From the IMG/VR virus record IMGVR_UViG_3300020204_004581: a stretch of 64,000 bases of DNA, one strand, 5' to 3'. The notes beneath the pieces were generated by a model. The model had not been told where the DNA came from. It did no database searches and saw nothing but the letters and a program-made list of their open reading frames with translations. A program made the position numbers and the translations under genes. This DNA is from a virus. Shown here piece by piece: positions 20,201 to 29,203 of the stretch (the stretch's first letter is position 1; each line of letters begins with the position of its first letter).

Positions 20201-21635
20201 ATGTGACCCCAAGTGCATTGTATAGTGGTCCTGATCCGTTATTGACTACAATTGTTGCACATCCCGTGAAGTCCAATGATCCCGTTATCGAAATTACATC
20301 CCCTATTAGAAATGAAGCAGAAACAGGACTGAATCTGAATACTCCTGTACTAAGAGGATCACAACAATTTTGGAATTGATAAACTGCATCTTGTGATGGG
20401 GTAATCGTTGGTGTTTGTGTCGTTGTTGGAGTATTAGTTAGAGTTGGGGTTGGAGTTGGGGTTGAACAACAATCTACACCAGTGTTACTTGCAAGAGAGG
20501 AAACAGGATAGACAACAGCATCATTTTTATAATAATATGCCCCCTCAGGTACGGAGCGGGCACAAAAAGCATCGCCGAAAGTTCCTTCCTCAATATAATA
20601 GGCTGTAACGCTTTGGTTGTAGCAGTCATAGTATTGTATGTATATTGTATTATTTAGGTTAGGGGGGGTGTTTCCTGTAGCATCATCCAAATCGGCTTGC
20701 GCAATTGTAACATCAAAGTAATTACAATTGCAAGGAGTTGTGGGAGTAACAGTGGGAGTTGTTGTTTCCGTTGGAGTCGGTGTTTCAGTTTGGCTAGCTG
20801 TTATAGAAACTGTTGGTGTTTGAGTCGGAGTTGGCGTTTGTGTTGGGGTTTGTGTAATGCATGTATTACCACATATAACGGTATTACTCAAGATACCATC
20901 CCCCGTAACGCTTCCTACTCTGTGACAAGGAATTGAATAGGGGGGGTCAGTAGTATAAAGATAAATTGATGCCGGTGCTCCATCACAGCTTATCCACGAC
21001 ACCAAACCATCAGCATACATTGTTATGTCATTTGTTACACACTCATAACAAGGTGTCTCCGTTGGAGTCTGTGTTATTGTTTGAGTCGGAGTTTCTGTAC
21101 AAGTAGGCGTTGGTGTTGGGGTTGGGGATATTGAACAGGGTCCCCCTAAAGTAGGTGAATTAGTAGTGACCTGTTGAACATCGTTTTTATAATAAAAAGT
21201 TGTTACACTCGATCTCGCGCATAGATTTTTGGCTCCGGCTGTTGTGTATTGATTAGACTGAAGACCTCCATAGCAATCTGTAAATTCCCAAAAAACAACT
21301 CCATCGAACCCGCTTGTATTACCAGTAGCGTCATCTATATCATTTTGGTCTACTGTAAATGAAGCATCATAACATGGGGGCGGAGTTGAAGTAGGTGTGG
21401 GGGTAGGTGTTGGTGTAGGTAGACAGATACCAATTTCCGTAATTTCGGTTCCGTTATCGCTGTAGGGTACAAACCCACCATCATTGCAATTACAAATAAA
21501 TTGGGTCGGATCACCAAAACTTAGAGCAATAGTTTCATCTCCCCCGTCCTCGCAGTTACGATAATGAATTACATCTCCTCCTATGGGTATTGTTGGACCA
21601 TTAATTTCCCACCTGTAACATTCTATACAACTCAC
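17277..21635 (-). CDS. large mucin-like Pro/Thr- and Cys-rich virion surface protein
   Basis: 1452 aa of alternating Cys modules and TPTPS linkers; GTG start; TATTTATA motif upstream. Confidence 0.78.
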   Translation of the reverse strand: MSCIECYRWEINGPTIPIGGDVIHYRNCEDGGDETIALSFGDPTQFICNCNDGGFVPYSDNGTEITEIGICLPTPTPTPTPTSTPPPCYDASFTVDQNDIDDATGNTSGFDGVVFWEFTDCYGGLQSNQYTTAGAKNLCARSSVTTFYYKNDVQQVTTNSPTLGGPCSISPTPTPTPTCTETPTQTITQTPTETPCYECVTNDITMYADGLVSWISCDGAPASIYLYTTDPPYSIPCHRVGSVTGDGILSNTVICGNTCITQTPTQTPTPTQTPTVSITASQTETPTPTETTTPTVTPTTPCNCNYFDVTIAQADLDDATGNTPPNLNNTIYIQYYDCYNQSVTAYYIEEGTFGDAFCARSVPEGAYYYKNDAVVYPVSSLASNTGVDCCSTPTPTPTLTNTPTTTQTPTITPSQDAVYQFQNCCDPLSTGVFRFSPVSASFLIGDVISITGSLDFTGCATIVVNNGSGPLYNALGVTFIKDPGGCSACITCPTPTQTPTITQTPTPSITASQTQTPTNTPTPSITASQTQTPTNTQTSTQTPTPSITASQTQTPTQTQTPTSSIGASPTPTSSITASQTQTPTPSITTTQTPTPSITTTQTQTPTQTPTPTIDTSPTPTPTQTPVVPTVDCYSATTSSNPWSYTDCCGDFITGTDIGLPICVDTNFPYVGITISSDICSVPVCYSAATLADCCTGEIFFALVDQNTASGDAAVGVVYRFNNRSYYFIRFGGPGGPFLGLPDYGTCEKAIEAFPCITPTPTITSSPFLTPTLTPTPSTTPLMCPYEEFCLRTSFSALTDYNGNYFSAGTYNGRTYYSGDGITNAFIYQYTAVTESYWCLSETLGGTCILNGNSPCYSACPDISSEFFTGGVCPTPTPSPADCTILDFTAYFDCDYEPIPTPTPSVPCSLVDFDITGIGVTPTPSQNPVCSTSLNFSLSGFTPPSESPVPVTPTITLTRTVEIVDAVSTVILRDNIICSTKVKVLVKCDDQSEVYTSQALNFVGGSGLIPIISGTTMLAVIDGTPTCVTYTTDRQGSGNVWVEEVLELYPQCGFCNPVLTPTPTCTQTLTQTPTRTPGGTPSQTPTLTSTPSQTPSFGSTPSPTASLTPTETPTHTPTTSMTPTPSPTPQYVYVYESCNPIRTKVPKKVQVIQTIRVPFLTTELTVFKDANGTAWKYLGQFNTRYIAPFGVDSLTFEGNYFTDAINFVYSSCEVAASVPEIDPCVNYIYYELQRCDDNTTFVAKSCDLGTTTITIDFFELGVSGSRQVTTSLNPTVNDVCVVISYDTNNIATDMFCGRITAIISEQTTNNILQIPLINADYDCDTCPLYYQYTISTCNADDAQVTNMPMYKQFTTGELNIGDTVSVKENANCYTVISDQGIVYEPYIFIQITNSQAYTWESTFIDCNTCFQNQQIKITDGQELGTNPYVPQDDRGSGSSGDINQGDTVINNFE

Positions 21636-21651
21636 TCTATGTGTATTTTTC

Positions 21652-21659
21652 TATAAATA
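21652..21659 (-). promoter_or_regulatory. TATTTATA putative late-promoter motif
   Basis: Lies 17 nt upstream of the start at 21635. Confidence 0.6.
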
Positions 21660-21742
21660 ACCTGATCATATATTTTCTATCTATACAAATTATAGATTTG
21701 TAGGATTTATAATAAACAACTCTTAGCCGATATTTATGATAA

Positions 21743-21907
21743 ATGAAGTTACTAAAAACGATAAAGAAAATTATCCAAGAGGCTGAGGAAGAGTACAATA
21801 AGGTCTGTGCAAAGTCTGTGACCTTAGAGGAGATAGATAGGGCCGAAAAACATTATAAGGACTCACTTAAACTTTTGAAGCTTTACAAAGAAAAAAAGAA
21901 GAAATAG
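21743..21907 (+). CDS. small helical, charged protein, 54 aa (missed by the ORF track)
   Basis: MKLLKTIKKIIQEAEEEYNKVCAKSVTLEEIDRAEKHYKDSLKLLKLYKEKKKK*. TATTTAT lies at 21731-21737 on the plus strand, and the stop abuts the convergent gene's stop at 21909. Confidence 0.75.
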   Translation: MKLLKTIKKIIQEAEEEYNKVCAKSVTLEEIDRAEKHYKDSLKLLKLYKEKKKK

Positions 21908-21908
21908 G

Positions 21909-22742
21909 TTATCTCATACCCACACAAGATACATTTTGATAATTCAACTTGTAACCTCTGTCAATCAAATAATTTTCAAAAATTTTATTCTGTTCTTCAC
22001 TCATATTCTCGTGTTCGAACATCACCAACTTTGGTAAAAGATGATCTGGCATCGACATCAAAATTTTACTATCATATCCCTCAACGTCAGTGTGAATCCA
22101 ATCTATTGACTCCAAGGTTAATTTATCAATTAGACTTTCTATAGTAACTGACTCTCTAACACTGGATTTAATTTCCTCCGTTTCCCATTTTCGGATTACT
22201 CTTTCAACTATTGAATTGGTATAACCGAATCCTCCCTCGAAAAACTCGACTGGTTGACCGTCGTAACTTACAATCGAATTTACAAGATTGACATTCATTA
22301 AATCACCAAGGTTTTCTTTAAGACTATTGAATTGTTTTTCAGACCCTTCCACTAAAATCGCGTCGGTAATATTTTTAATAACGCATGGTACCCATTCTCC
22401 AAAAAGACCATCATGTGTACCAACCGCAATGCCTGTAGGTCTTCTACCTTCTTTTGTAATTTCAACACAGTAATAGTAAAATGTTTTGTATAACTCACTT
22501 CCATGATATCTTACATCCCATTGTTTGAATGTGACCAATTGTCCGTTGGCATCATGAATCAACGTGTCATTCATTTCATTATTTTTAAACTCAGCCCACC
22601 AATTATCATTTAATTTACATGTCCAAATCTCCTTTCCATTTACCTGAGATCTGATTGATAATTTTAGAGGTAATTTAAAAAGTGTCGAAACACCTTTAGT
22701 TTCCACACGTATTTTCTTATTTGAATAATCTATGTTGATCAT
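21909..22742 (-). CDS. FkbM-family SAM methyltransferase with an N-terminal beta domain
   Basis: VGTHDG, ILVEG, IDWIHTDVEGYD, FEH motifs. Confidence 0.8.
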   Translation of the reverse strand: MINIDYSNKKIRVETKGVSTLFKLPLKLSIRSQVNGKEIWTCKLNDNWWAEFKNNEMNDTLIHDANGQLVTFKQWDVRYHGSELYKTFYYYCVEITKEGRRPTGIAVGTHDGLFGEWVPCVIKNITDAILVEGSEKQFNSLKENLGDLMNVNLVNSIVSYDGQPVEFFEGGFGYTNSIVERVIRKWETEEIKSSVRESVTIESLIDKLTLESIDWIHTDVEGYDSKILMSMPDHLLPKLVMFEHENMSEEQNKIFENYLIDRGYKLNYQNVSCVGMR

Positions 22743-23695
22743 GATAATCCTATTTTATTTTCCCAAAATTCAACAAATTCTTTAACGGTTTTATCATCAA
22801 TTATTTGGAGTTCTTTTAGGTAATCTGGTGCAAGGCCAATTGTTTTGTTAGCCCAACTTATATCATCTAAACCATATGCAACACCAAACATTTGTATGGG
22901 GTTGTTTAATCGATATTCTGTAGATGTCATTTGTTTACCATAATCTTCTGATAAAGAAAAAGCGTTTTGATTTTCCTCCCAAGATGCTCCTTGGTTTAAA
23001 ATAATTGCTTTACACCCACATAATACTGCTGCTATAGTAAAAAAACTTTTTTGATCATAAGTTAAAAAGTATTCATATTTGTTGAGTTGTTCTCTCAGGT
23101 AGTCGAAAGCACCACTTGTTTTCCATTCCCCTAAATCAAATGAGTTAAAATATTTGAATATTTCATGTCCGTTTGGAGGTGTGTTCTTATGTAATAAATG
23201 ACAAAAGCCTTTTCTGCTTTCATTATTTATGACATATAACTTATCAAAATAATAATTTAAAACTGTTAGTTTTCTTTTAATAACACTCTTGAATGTCTTG
23301 AAGTCTCCAAAATTAAAATAAACATCATTATCACCATACATTTCCTCGATATGTTTTTCGGTGTGATATAAAATCCACCTTGAAACGTGTTGGGTGTTAA
23401 ATGGATTACCTTCAATAATTTGAGGATATATTGATATTGTTTTGTTTATAGGGTAGTGGAAGGTTTCCCAAGTCCAATCTGTTTCAGGATGATTAAGTCT
23501 ATTGCCCTGAGATTTAATTATTTTTATATTTTCATGTGGAAATTCAGGTTGACAAAATATGAATACATTATGTCCGGTTTCAGCCAGCTTAAAAGCTAAT
23601 TTATGCAAGGCAACAATTCCTCCTGTCATAACCTGAGCAAAATTTACATGTAATCCAACAATAAAGTTTAACTTATCGTTATCAGGTAATTGCAT
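22739..23695 (-). CDS. putative glycosyltransferase (GT-B-like)
   Basis: N-terminal TGGIVALHKLA..L..GHNV motif and C-terminal F.TYD..SF...AA.LCGC; sits in the sugar cluster. Confidence 0.55.
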   Translation of the reverse strand: MQLPDNDKLNFIVGLHVNFAQVMTGGIVALHKLAFKLAETGHNVFIFCQPEFPHENIKIIKSQGNRLNHPETDWTWETFHYPINKTISIYPQIIEGNPFNTQHVSRWILYHTEKHIEEMYGDNDVYFNFGDFKTFKSVIKRKLTVLNYYFDKLYVINNESRKGFCHLLHKNTPPNGHEIFKYFNSFDLGEWKTSGAFDYLREQLNKYEYFLTYDQKSFFTIAAVLCGCKAIILNQGASWEENQNAFSLSEDYGKQMTSTEYRLNNPIQMFGVAYGLDDISWANKTIGLAPDYLKELQIIDDKTVKEFVEFWENKIGLS

Positions 23696-24285
23696 TATTT
23701 AATTATTTTTGCCGGTACTCCAACGTATATTCCTGGTTCATTAATGTTTTTTACTACTCCGGCATTTAATCCTATAGTAACATTATCGCAAATAGTTATT
23801 TTTTGTCTAACAGAAGCATTCGTTCCAAAATAAACACATTCTCCTATATTACAATTACCTGATATTTTAGCACCAGGAGCAGTTGTAAAATAATCACCAA
23901 TTCTACAATCATGTCCTATAGTAGTATGTAAATTTAAATGAGTATGTTCACCAATTATACAATTAGTAGTTATAACAGCACCAGCACATACAATACTGCC
24001 TTTTCCAATTTCTACATCATTACCTAAAATTTCTGCTGATGGATGAATATAGCTAAAATATTTGGTTTCTTTAGGTAATCGACTAACTATTTCTTTTCTT
24101 GCTACTCCATCACCAATAGCAATTAAAACCTCATATTCATTTGGGTTGAATTCTGAAAGTGGAAAAATAAATTTGTTGTTAGGAGTATAATATTTGTCAT
24201 CAACAAAACATTTCATTATAAAATCACCGATATGGGCTTTTACTTCATCAGCAAACCCACCGGCACCAATTAGTGCTCTTTTCAT
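23695..24285 (-). CDS. NeuD/PglD-family sugar acetyltransferase
   Basis: IGAGGFA, AIGD, IHPSA, hexapeptide repeats, IGHD, GVPAK. Confidence 0.92.
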   Translation of the reverse strand: MKRALIGAGGFADEVKAHIGDFIMKCFVDDKYYTPNNKFIFPLSEFNPNEYEVLIAIGDGVARKEIVSRLPKETKYFSYIHPSAEILGNDVEIGKGSIVCAGAVITTNCIIGEHTHLNLHTTIGHDCRIGDYFTTAPGAKISGNCNIGECVYFGTNASVRQKITICDNVTIGLNAGVVKNINEPGIYVGVPAKIIK

Positions 24286-24926
24286 TGTTTATAAATTTCG
24301 AATTTTGATAGATCAGGATATGGTAATTCTAAATCTTCATTATGTTTAGGGTTACCTTTTAAATCATAAAACTGAGTCATCATCAACAACCCTCTAACTG
24401 CTAATTCTGGCATCATATAAAAATTCCATCCTAACATATCAAAATGATCATCATGGTATGAGGTTTCTCTTCTACCACTGAATCTAGCGCGTTTAAACCA
24501 TAGCATAGCTTCATAATCATCAGTTAATATAGCTCCACCTTTACTTAATTTAAGCGTTTTATAGGGACCAGTAAACGACACACACATATGAGTTCCATAA
24601 ACATACATGTCTGTAGTAAATCGTAATGCTGAATCTATAACATTGCTTGGAAATAATCTATATGCTCCTTTAATTGTATTTCCTTCAACAGGAGTGAAAT
24701 TGACTTTATAACCAGCATGGATGATTTCGCAAGGAACTGAAGGATATGTTCTTGACGGACAATCTATAAACTCGGTCTCAAATGATTTTTTTATATTTTT
24801 TTCGTAATAGAGAGCTAAGAAAAGTGCATTACTCATATTATCAAGTGCAATTGCATATGGTGCACCTGTATAATCACATAAAGCTTTTTCGAAGTCTTCG
24901 GTAATTTTGTATACTCCTTGAGCCAT
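24282..24926 (-). CDS. DegT/DnrJ/EryC1/StrS-family PLP sugar aminotransferase (short form)
   Basis: FEKALCDYTGAPYAIAL, IDSA, SFTGPYK (PLP Lys), GGAILTDD, GWNFYM. Confidence 0.85.
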   Translation of the reverse strand: MAQGVYKITEDFEKALCDYTGAPYAIALDNMSNALFLALYYEKNIKKSFETEFIDCPSRTYPSVPCEIIHAGYKVNFTPVEGNTIKGAYRLFPSNVIDSALRFTTDMYVYGTHMCVSFTGPYKTLKLSKGGAILTDDYEAMLWFKRARFSGRRETSYHDDHFDMLGWNFYMMPELAVRGLLMMTQFYDLKGNPKHNEDLELPYPDLSKFEIYKQ

Positions 24927-24940
24927 AATAAGTGTTTTAC

Positions 24941-24980
24941 TGATTGAAAAATATAATATTTTTTTTACATTTCAATCAAA
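24941..24980. promoter_or_regulatory. divergent overlapping promoter region with a 9-bp inverted repeat
   Basis: tgattgaaa (24941-24949) / tttcaatca (24970-24978). Near-consensus TTTG-N21-TATATTTT on the minus strand and ATTG-N19-TACATTTC on the plus strand. Confidence 0.45.
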
Positions 24981-24990
24981 TATTCCCCAA

Positions 24991-27276
24991 ATGACCAAAA
25001 TATACGGACACGGTTCTTATGTAGGAAACACCGGATATAACCAACATACAAGAGATTTCTTTAGACATCTTTCAAAGTATTACCAAATTAAATTTAGAAA
25101 CTTTACAGTCGGCAACTCGTGGAAAGGTTACAACTTAACTCCTCACGATGGTGAGCATTATTTCAATAAGACTGATAGGGAAATACTATACGAACAAATT
25201 CTATGGGATAATAGAGAACAAGGAAAAAGAAGTAACTACAAAATATATCCCGACCCTACAAAAGAATTTGATCATGATCTGAATATTGTTCTATGTGAAA
25301 CAAACCATCACCTTTTCTACGATGAATATGATGGTCCAAAAATCGCCTATAATGTTTGGGAATCAACCTTACAACCTCAGGGATATTTTAATAAATTATT
25401 GGAGTTTGATGAGTTGTGGGTACCATCCAAGTGGCAAAGAGATTGTACAATTGCTCAAGGGTATCCTACAAATAAAATCAAAGTCGTTCCTGAAGGTGTT
25501 GACGTACATACATTCTATCCCGATGAAACCATAACTCATCCACTTACAAAAGATAAGTTTACTTTCTTTGTAGCTGGTAGATGGGATTATAGAAAATCAA
25601 CCAAAGAAATAATTGAAACTTTTATAAAAACATTCGATAAAAAAGCACCTGTCGAACTGATTATTTCTGTGGACAATCCATTCTCAAATGATGGTCTTAA
25701 GACAACCGAGGATCGATTGAAAGATTTTGGTCTTGTGGATGACCGAATTAGAATTTTACATTTCCCTCCGAGAGATGAATATATCAGTTTGCTAAAATCT
25801 TGTAGTGTATTTGTTTCATGTGCCAGATCTGAAGGTTGGAACCTACCTTTAATTGAAGCGATGGCTTGTGGAACTCCTTCAATATATTCTGATTGCTCAG
25901 GTCAATTGGAATTTGCATCAGGTCGTGGAATTCCTGTTAAAATCAGTCACGAACTTCCTGTAAGTGCCAGTACATATAACCATTTCAATGAGAATGTTGG
26001 AAATTATTATGAACCTGACTTTCAGGACCTTTCTGAAAAAATGTTGCTAGCATATGAGAAATACGAAACATTCAAAAAACTTGCAATCGTTGAATCAAAA
26101 TACATTAGAGAAGAATTCAGTTGGGAAAATGTTGCTGAAATAGGATACGATACTATTTCCAAATTCATGGACAAACAAAACAGTTTTCCAAAGAAACCTA
26201 TTGAGAAAAACAAAATTAATGTATCTTATTTGGACGGACCGAGAGTTGAAATCTTAGGTAAAAAATCTGAAACTTATAAAGTAGAATTTATCAACAAGGA
26301 TACAGGAGATGTAGTGTATTCGGAAATTATCAAAAACAACATGTGGGCCGCTTCAAGTAAGAAATATTTTATACCATGGCAAATAAAAATTAATGGATCT
26401 GTTGTAGATGAATTGAATTTGGAAGGAAAAGAAGTAATGATTTGTTTGGAGTCAAAAAGTTTGGGTGACACCATAGCATGGACCCCATACGTTGTAGAGT
26501 TTCAGAAAAAACATAAGTGTAAAGTAATATTCTCGAGTTTCCACAATCATTTCTTCGAAAAACTTCAAGCTTACAAAGACATCAAATTTATAAAACCAGG
26601 TCAGTCTCATTCCTGTCACGCACTTTATAGGATAGGGTGGTTCAAAAAGGATGGAAGATGGGAGGATTATGACAAATATCCAACTCAAGTTAATACGATT
26701 CCCTTACAACAAACTGCAACAGATATTTTAGGACTGCCATACGAAGAAGTTAATTACGGTTTGGACTTTCCACCATCCAAAAGACCTATTGAAAAACCAT
26801 ATGTGGTATTCGGTCCAAATGCAACTTCAGGATGCAAAGAATGGGATTACGAAAATTGGTCAACTCTCTCAAAAATGTTGAGAGAAATTGGCTACGAAGT
26901 TGTTACACTAACACAAATAGAGTTTCATTTACCAAATACTAAAAATATTAACGGTAAAGGTCTTGAGGTAGCCGCGAACTATCTACATCACGCTTCTGCT
27001 TTCATCGGTCTCGGGTCAGGTCTTTCTTGGTTCAATTGGGCTATAGGAAAAAAGACTTTCATGATCAATGGGTTTACAAGACCCGGACATGAATTCAATT
27101 CAAATTGTGTTAAAATATTCAATGATAACACCTGCATATTCTGTTGGAATGATGAGGTACATGTTTTTGATGCTGGAGATTGGGATTGGTGTCCTGTCTA
27201 TAAAGGAACGAAAAAACAACACGTTTGTCAAAGATCAATAACACCTATAAATGTTTTCAACACATTAAATTTATGA
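24991..27276 (+). CDS. fusion of a GT4 glycosyltransferase and an Aah/TibC-type (BAHT) protein O-heptosyltransferase
   Basis: N half: GRWDYRK, SEGWNLPLIEAMACG (GT4 EX7E). C half from about 26212: BAHT N-terminal beta domain, SLGDTIAW, FIGLGSGLSW, and the iron finger CIFCWN..DWDWCP..QHVC. Confidence 0.88.
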   Translation: MTKIYGHGSYVGNTGYNQHTRDFFRHLSKYYQIKFRNFTVGNSWKGYNLTPHDGEHYFNKTDREILYEQILWDNREQGKRSNYKIYPDPTKEFDHDLNIVLCETNHHLFYDEYDGPKIAYNVWESTLQPQGYFNKLLEFDELWVPSKWQRDCTIAQGYPTNKIKVVPEGVDVHTFYPDETITHPLTKDKFTFFVAGRWDYRKSTKEIIETFIKTFDKKAPVELIISVDNPFSNDGLKTTEDRLKDFGLVDDRIRILHFPPRDEYISLLKSCSVFVSCARSEGWNLPLIEAMACGTPSIYSDCSGQLEFASGRGIPVKISHELPVSASTYNHFNENVGNYYEPDFQDLSEKMLLAYEKYETFKKLAIVESKYIREEFSWENVAEIGYDTISKFMDKQNSFPKKPIEKNKINVSYLDGPRVEILGKKSETYKVEFINKDTGDVVYSEIIKNNMWAASSKKYFIPWQIKINGSVVDELNLEGKEVMICLESKSLGDTIAWTPYVVEFQKKHKCKVIFSSFHNHFFEKLQAYKDIKFIKPGQSHSCHALYRIGWFKKDGRWEDYDKYPTQVNTIPLQQTATDILGLPYEEVNYGLDFPPSKRPIEKPYVVFGPNATSGCKEWDYENWSTLSKMLREIGYEVVTLTQIEFHLPNTKNINGKGLEVAANYLHHASAFIGLGSGLSWFNWAIGKKTFMINGFTRPGHEFNSNCVKIFNDNTCIFCWNDEVHVFDAGDWDWCPVYKGTKKQHVCQRSITPINVFNTLNL

Positions 27277-27998
27277 TAGACTTGAGTAACTTCAATTGGG
27301 GTTGGATGGATAAACCGACCGAAAGAACTTTAACTAGTGGTAACACGACCAAACCCTATAGTTTGTGGCACAAAGATGCAATAACAAAAGAAATTTTTGA
27401 AGACAAAATGTATGAAAAGTTTTTTTCAGTCGAAGAAGATGATGTTGTTTTGGATATAGGTGCTAGTATTGGTCCTTTCACTTACTCAATTTTGCCAAAG
27501 AAACCTAAACACGTATATTGTTTTGAACCAAGTCCATCTGAAATAGACACACTAAGATTGAATACAAAGAATGGTCCTGTGACCGTTGTTGATAAAGGAA
27601 TTTCAGATGTTGAGGGTGATATTGAGTTTAACTTGTTCGGACTAGATCTATCATCGAACCTTGCTAAATCCACAACTTTTGATAAAATCAGAGAGGAGTA
27701 TAACATAACTAAAATAGACTTTTTAAAGACTGATTGTGAAGGGGGAGAATACAGCATTTTCAACAACAAAAACTTCTTCTGGATTAAAGAAAATGTCAAA
27801 AAAATAGTTGGTGAGTGGCATCTCGAAAATCCAGAAAGAAAACAACAATTCAGAGTTTTTAGAGACACCTACCTAAGGTTATTTCCGAAATCACATGTTT
27901 ATTCAGTAGACGGTGTCGACATTAAATGGGACCTTTGGAATGAACATTTCTTGGAATATTACAAACAAGTAATTCTATACATTGATAATAGGGACTAA
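27273..27998 (+). CDS. FkbM-family SAM methyltransferase
   Basis: ATG 27273 overlaps the upstream TGA; VLDIGASIG, CFEP, IDFLKTDCEGGE. Confidence 0.9.
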   Translation: MIDLSNFNWGWMDKPTERTLTSGNTTKPYSLWHKDAITKEIFEDKMYEKFFSVEEDDVVLDIGASIGPFTYSILPKKPKHVYCFEPSPSEIDTLRLNTKNGPVTVVDKGISDVEGDIEFNLFGLDLSSNLAKSTTFDKIREEYNITKIDFLKTDCEGGEYSIFNNKNFFWIKENVKKIVGEWHLENPERKQQFRVFRDTYLRLFPKSHVYSVDGVDIKWDLWNEHFLEYYKQVILYIDNRD

Positions 27999-28732
27999 GG
28001 GGTTGCAACTCCTCTTTTTGAAACTACGATAGATGCCATTTTGTTTGCATGTATAATGGAATCACCAACATTTTTGGTTCTATAATATTCCAAAATAAAT
28101 GCTGACGTAAAAGTGTCACCAGCTCCACTTACATCAATCGTTTCTTTTGGATCAGGACTTTTGTAAATCACCCCATCAAATCTGGCACCCTTTGAACCTA
28201 AGGTTGTAATAATATTTATACACTCTTTCAAATCTTTATTATTATCACATTCATACTCATTAAGTTTGACGAATGTAAATGAATCAATAATCTCCTTATT
28301 TAGTTTTTTCTTTGAGTCAAGAATTGAAAGTTTAGCTGCCTTTCCAATTTGGATAAGTCTATCATTAGACAAAAACCCCTTATCATAATCACTCACTATG
28401 ACAAGATCTACATTTGACATTAAATTGGTTATAGAGGTATTCAAATTAAATTCTTGTATGTTATTTTCTCCTTCATCAACTCTGAGAAACATGTGATTAC
28501 TTTTTTTGTCCACGTATCTTGTTTTGAAAATGGGTTCCTTTTGACAAAGATGTACAATATCAATCTTTGGGTTCATAGCCGAAACATTTTTTACAACATT
28601 ACCAGACATACCAGGATTTCTGGTTTCTTCAATCGGAGTTATAATAGGTACCGGAGCCTCGGGTGATAATCTTTTGGAATTTGCATAAATGAAAATGTCA
28701 GTACATGTTTCACCAATCACTACTATTTTCAT
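27995..28732 (-). CDS. HldE/RfaE domain I-like heptose-7-phosphate kinase (PfkB family)
   Basis: IGETCTD, RLSPEAPVP, KTR, LRVD, SDYDKG, DVSGAGDTF. Confidence 0.9.
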   Translation of the reverse strand: MKIVVIGETCTDIFIYANSKRLSPEAPVPIITPIEETRNPGMSGNVVKNVSAMNPKIDIVHLCQKEPIFKTRYVDKKSNHMFLRVDEGENNIQEFNLNTSITNLMSNVDLVIVSDYDKGFLSNDRLIQIGKAAKLSILDSKKKLNKEIIDSFTFVKLNEYECDNNKDLKECINIITTLGSKGARFDGVIYKSPDPKETIDVSGAGDTFTSAFILEYYRTKNVGDSIIHANKMASIVVSKRGVATP

Positions 28733-29129
28733 AATTCAAGATTTTTGTTGTGGAGTATAAAGGTAATTTTTCAAAGAAGACAAGTTTTTTGGCATGTTCT
28801 GATCCATAAACTATTTGATCTTTATAGTCATCACCTATGACCATAATATCAGGTTGAAAATCCTTGACGCAATCAATCAGTTCTTGTCTCGAATTAAATA
28901 ATACTACCTCTTTGACAAACCTTAATGATTCAAGCATTTTTTTTCTATCTTCTTGATTATTGAATGGTCGATTAACACCTTTAAGTTCTTTTACTCTCTT
29001 ATCTGTGTCTAACCCTACTCGTACTTCTCCAAAGGAAGATGCAAACTCCAGTAGGTGTATATGACCGACATGTAAAACGTCGAATGTCCCATTTACCCAA
29101 ACCTTAATATTAGATTTCTCTATATTCAT
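28710..29129 (-). CDS. HldE/RfaE domain II-like heptose-1-phosphate nucleotidyltransferase
   Basis: NGTFDVLHVGH, LKGVNRP, GDDY, YSTT. Confidence 0.88.
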   Translation of the reverse strand: MNIEKSNIKVWVNGTFDVLHVGHIHLLEFASSFGEVRVGLDTDKRVKELKGVNRPFNNQEDRKKMLESLRFVKEVVLFNSRQELIDCVKDFQPDIMVIGDDYKDQIVYGSEHAKKLVFFEKLPLYSTTKILNYENSSDW

Positions 29130-29203
29130 AATTTAACTTTCCGATTAGATAGTGGAGCTCGTTGTCCTGACCTCGAACATCCCATGAACTCATACATTAT
29201 CAT
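29126..29203 (-). pseudogene. 25-aa mini-ORF, possibly an in-frame deletion remnant
   Basis: MIMYEFMGCSRSGQRAPLSNRKVKL*, with ATGA overlaps at both ends. Confidence 0.45.

Noticed and set aside
24941-24978. Bacteroides-style invertible promoter
   Set aside because: The IR is only 9 bp around 20 nt and no recombinase is in the window; overlapping divergent promoters explain it.
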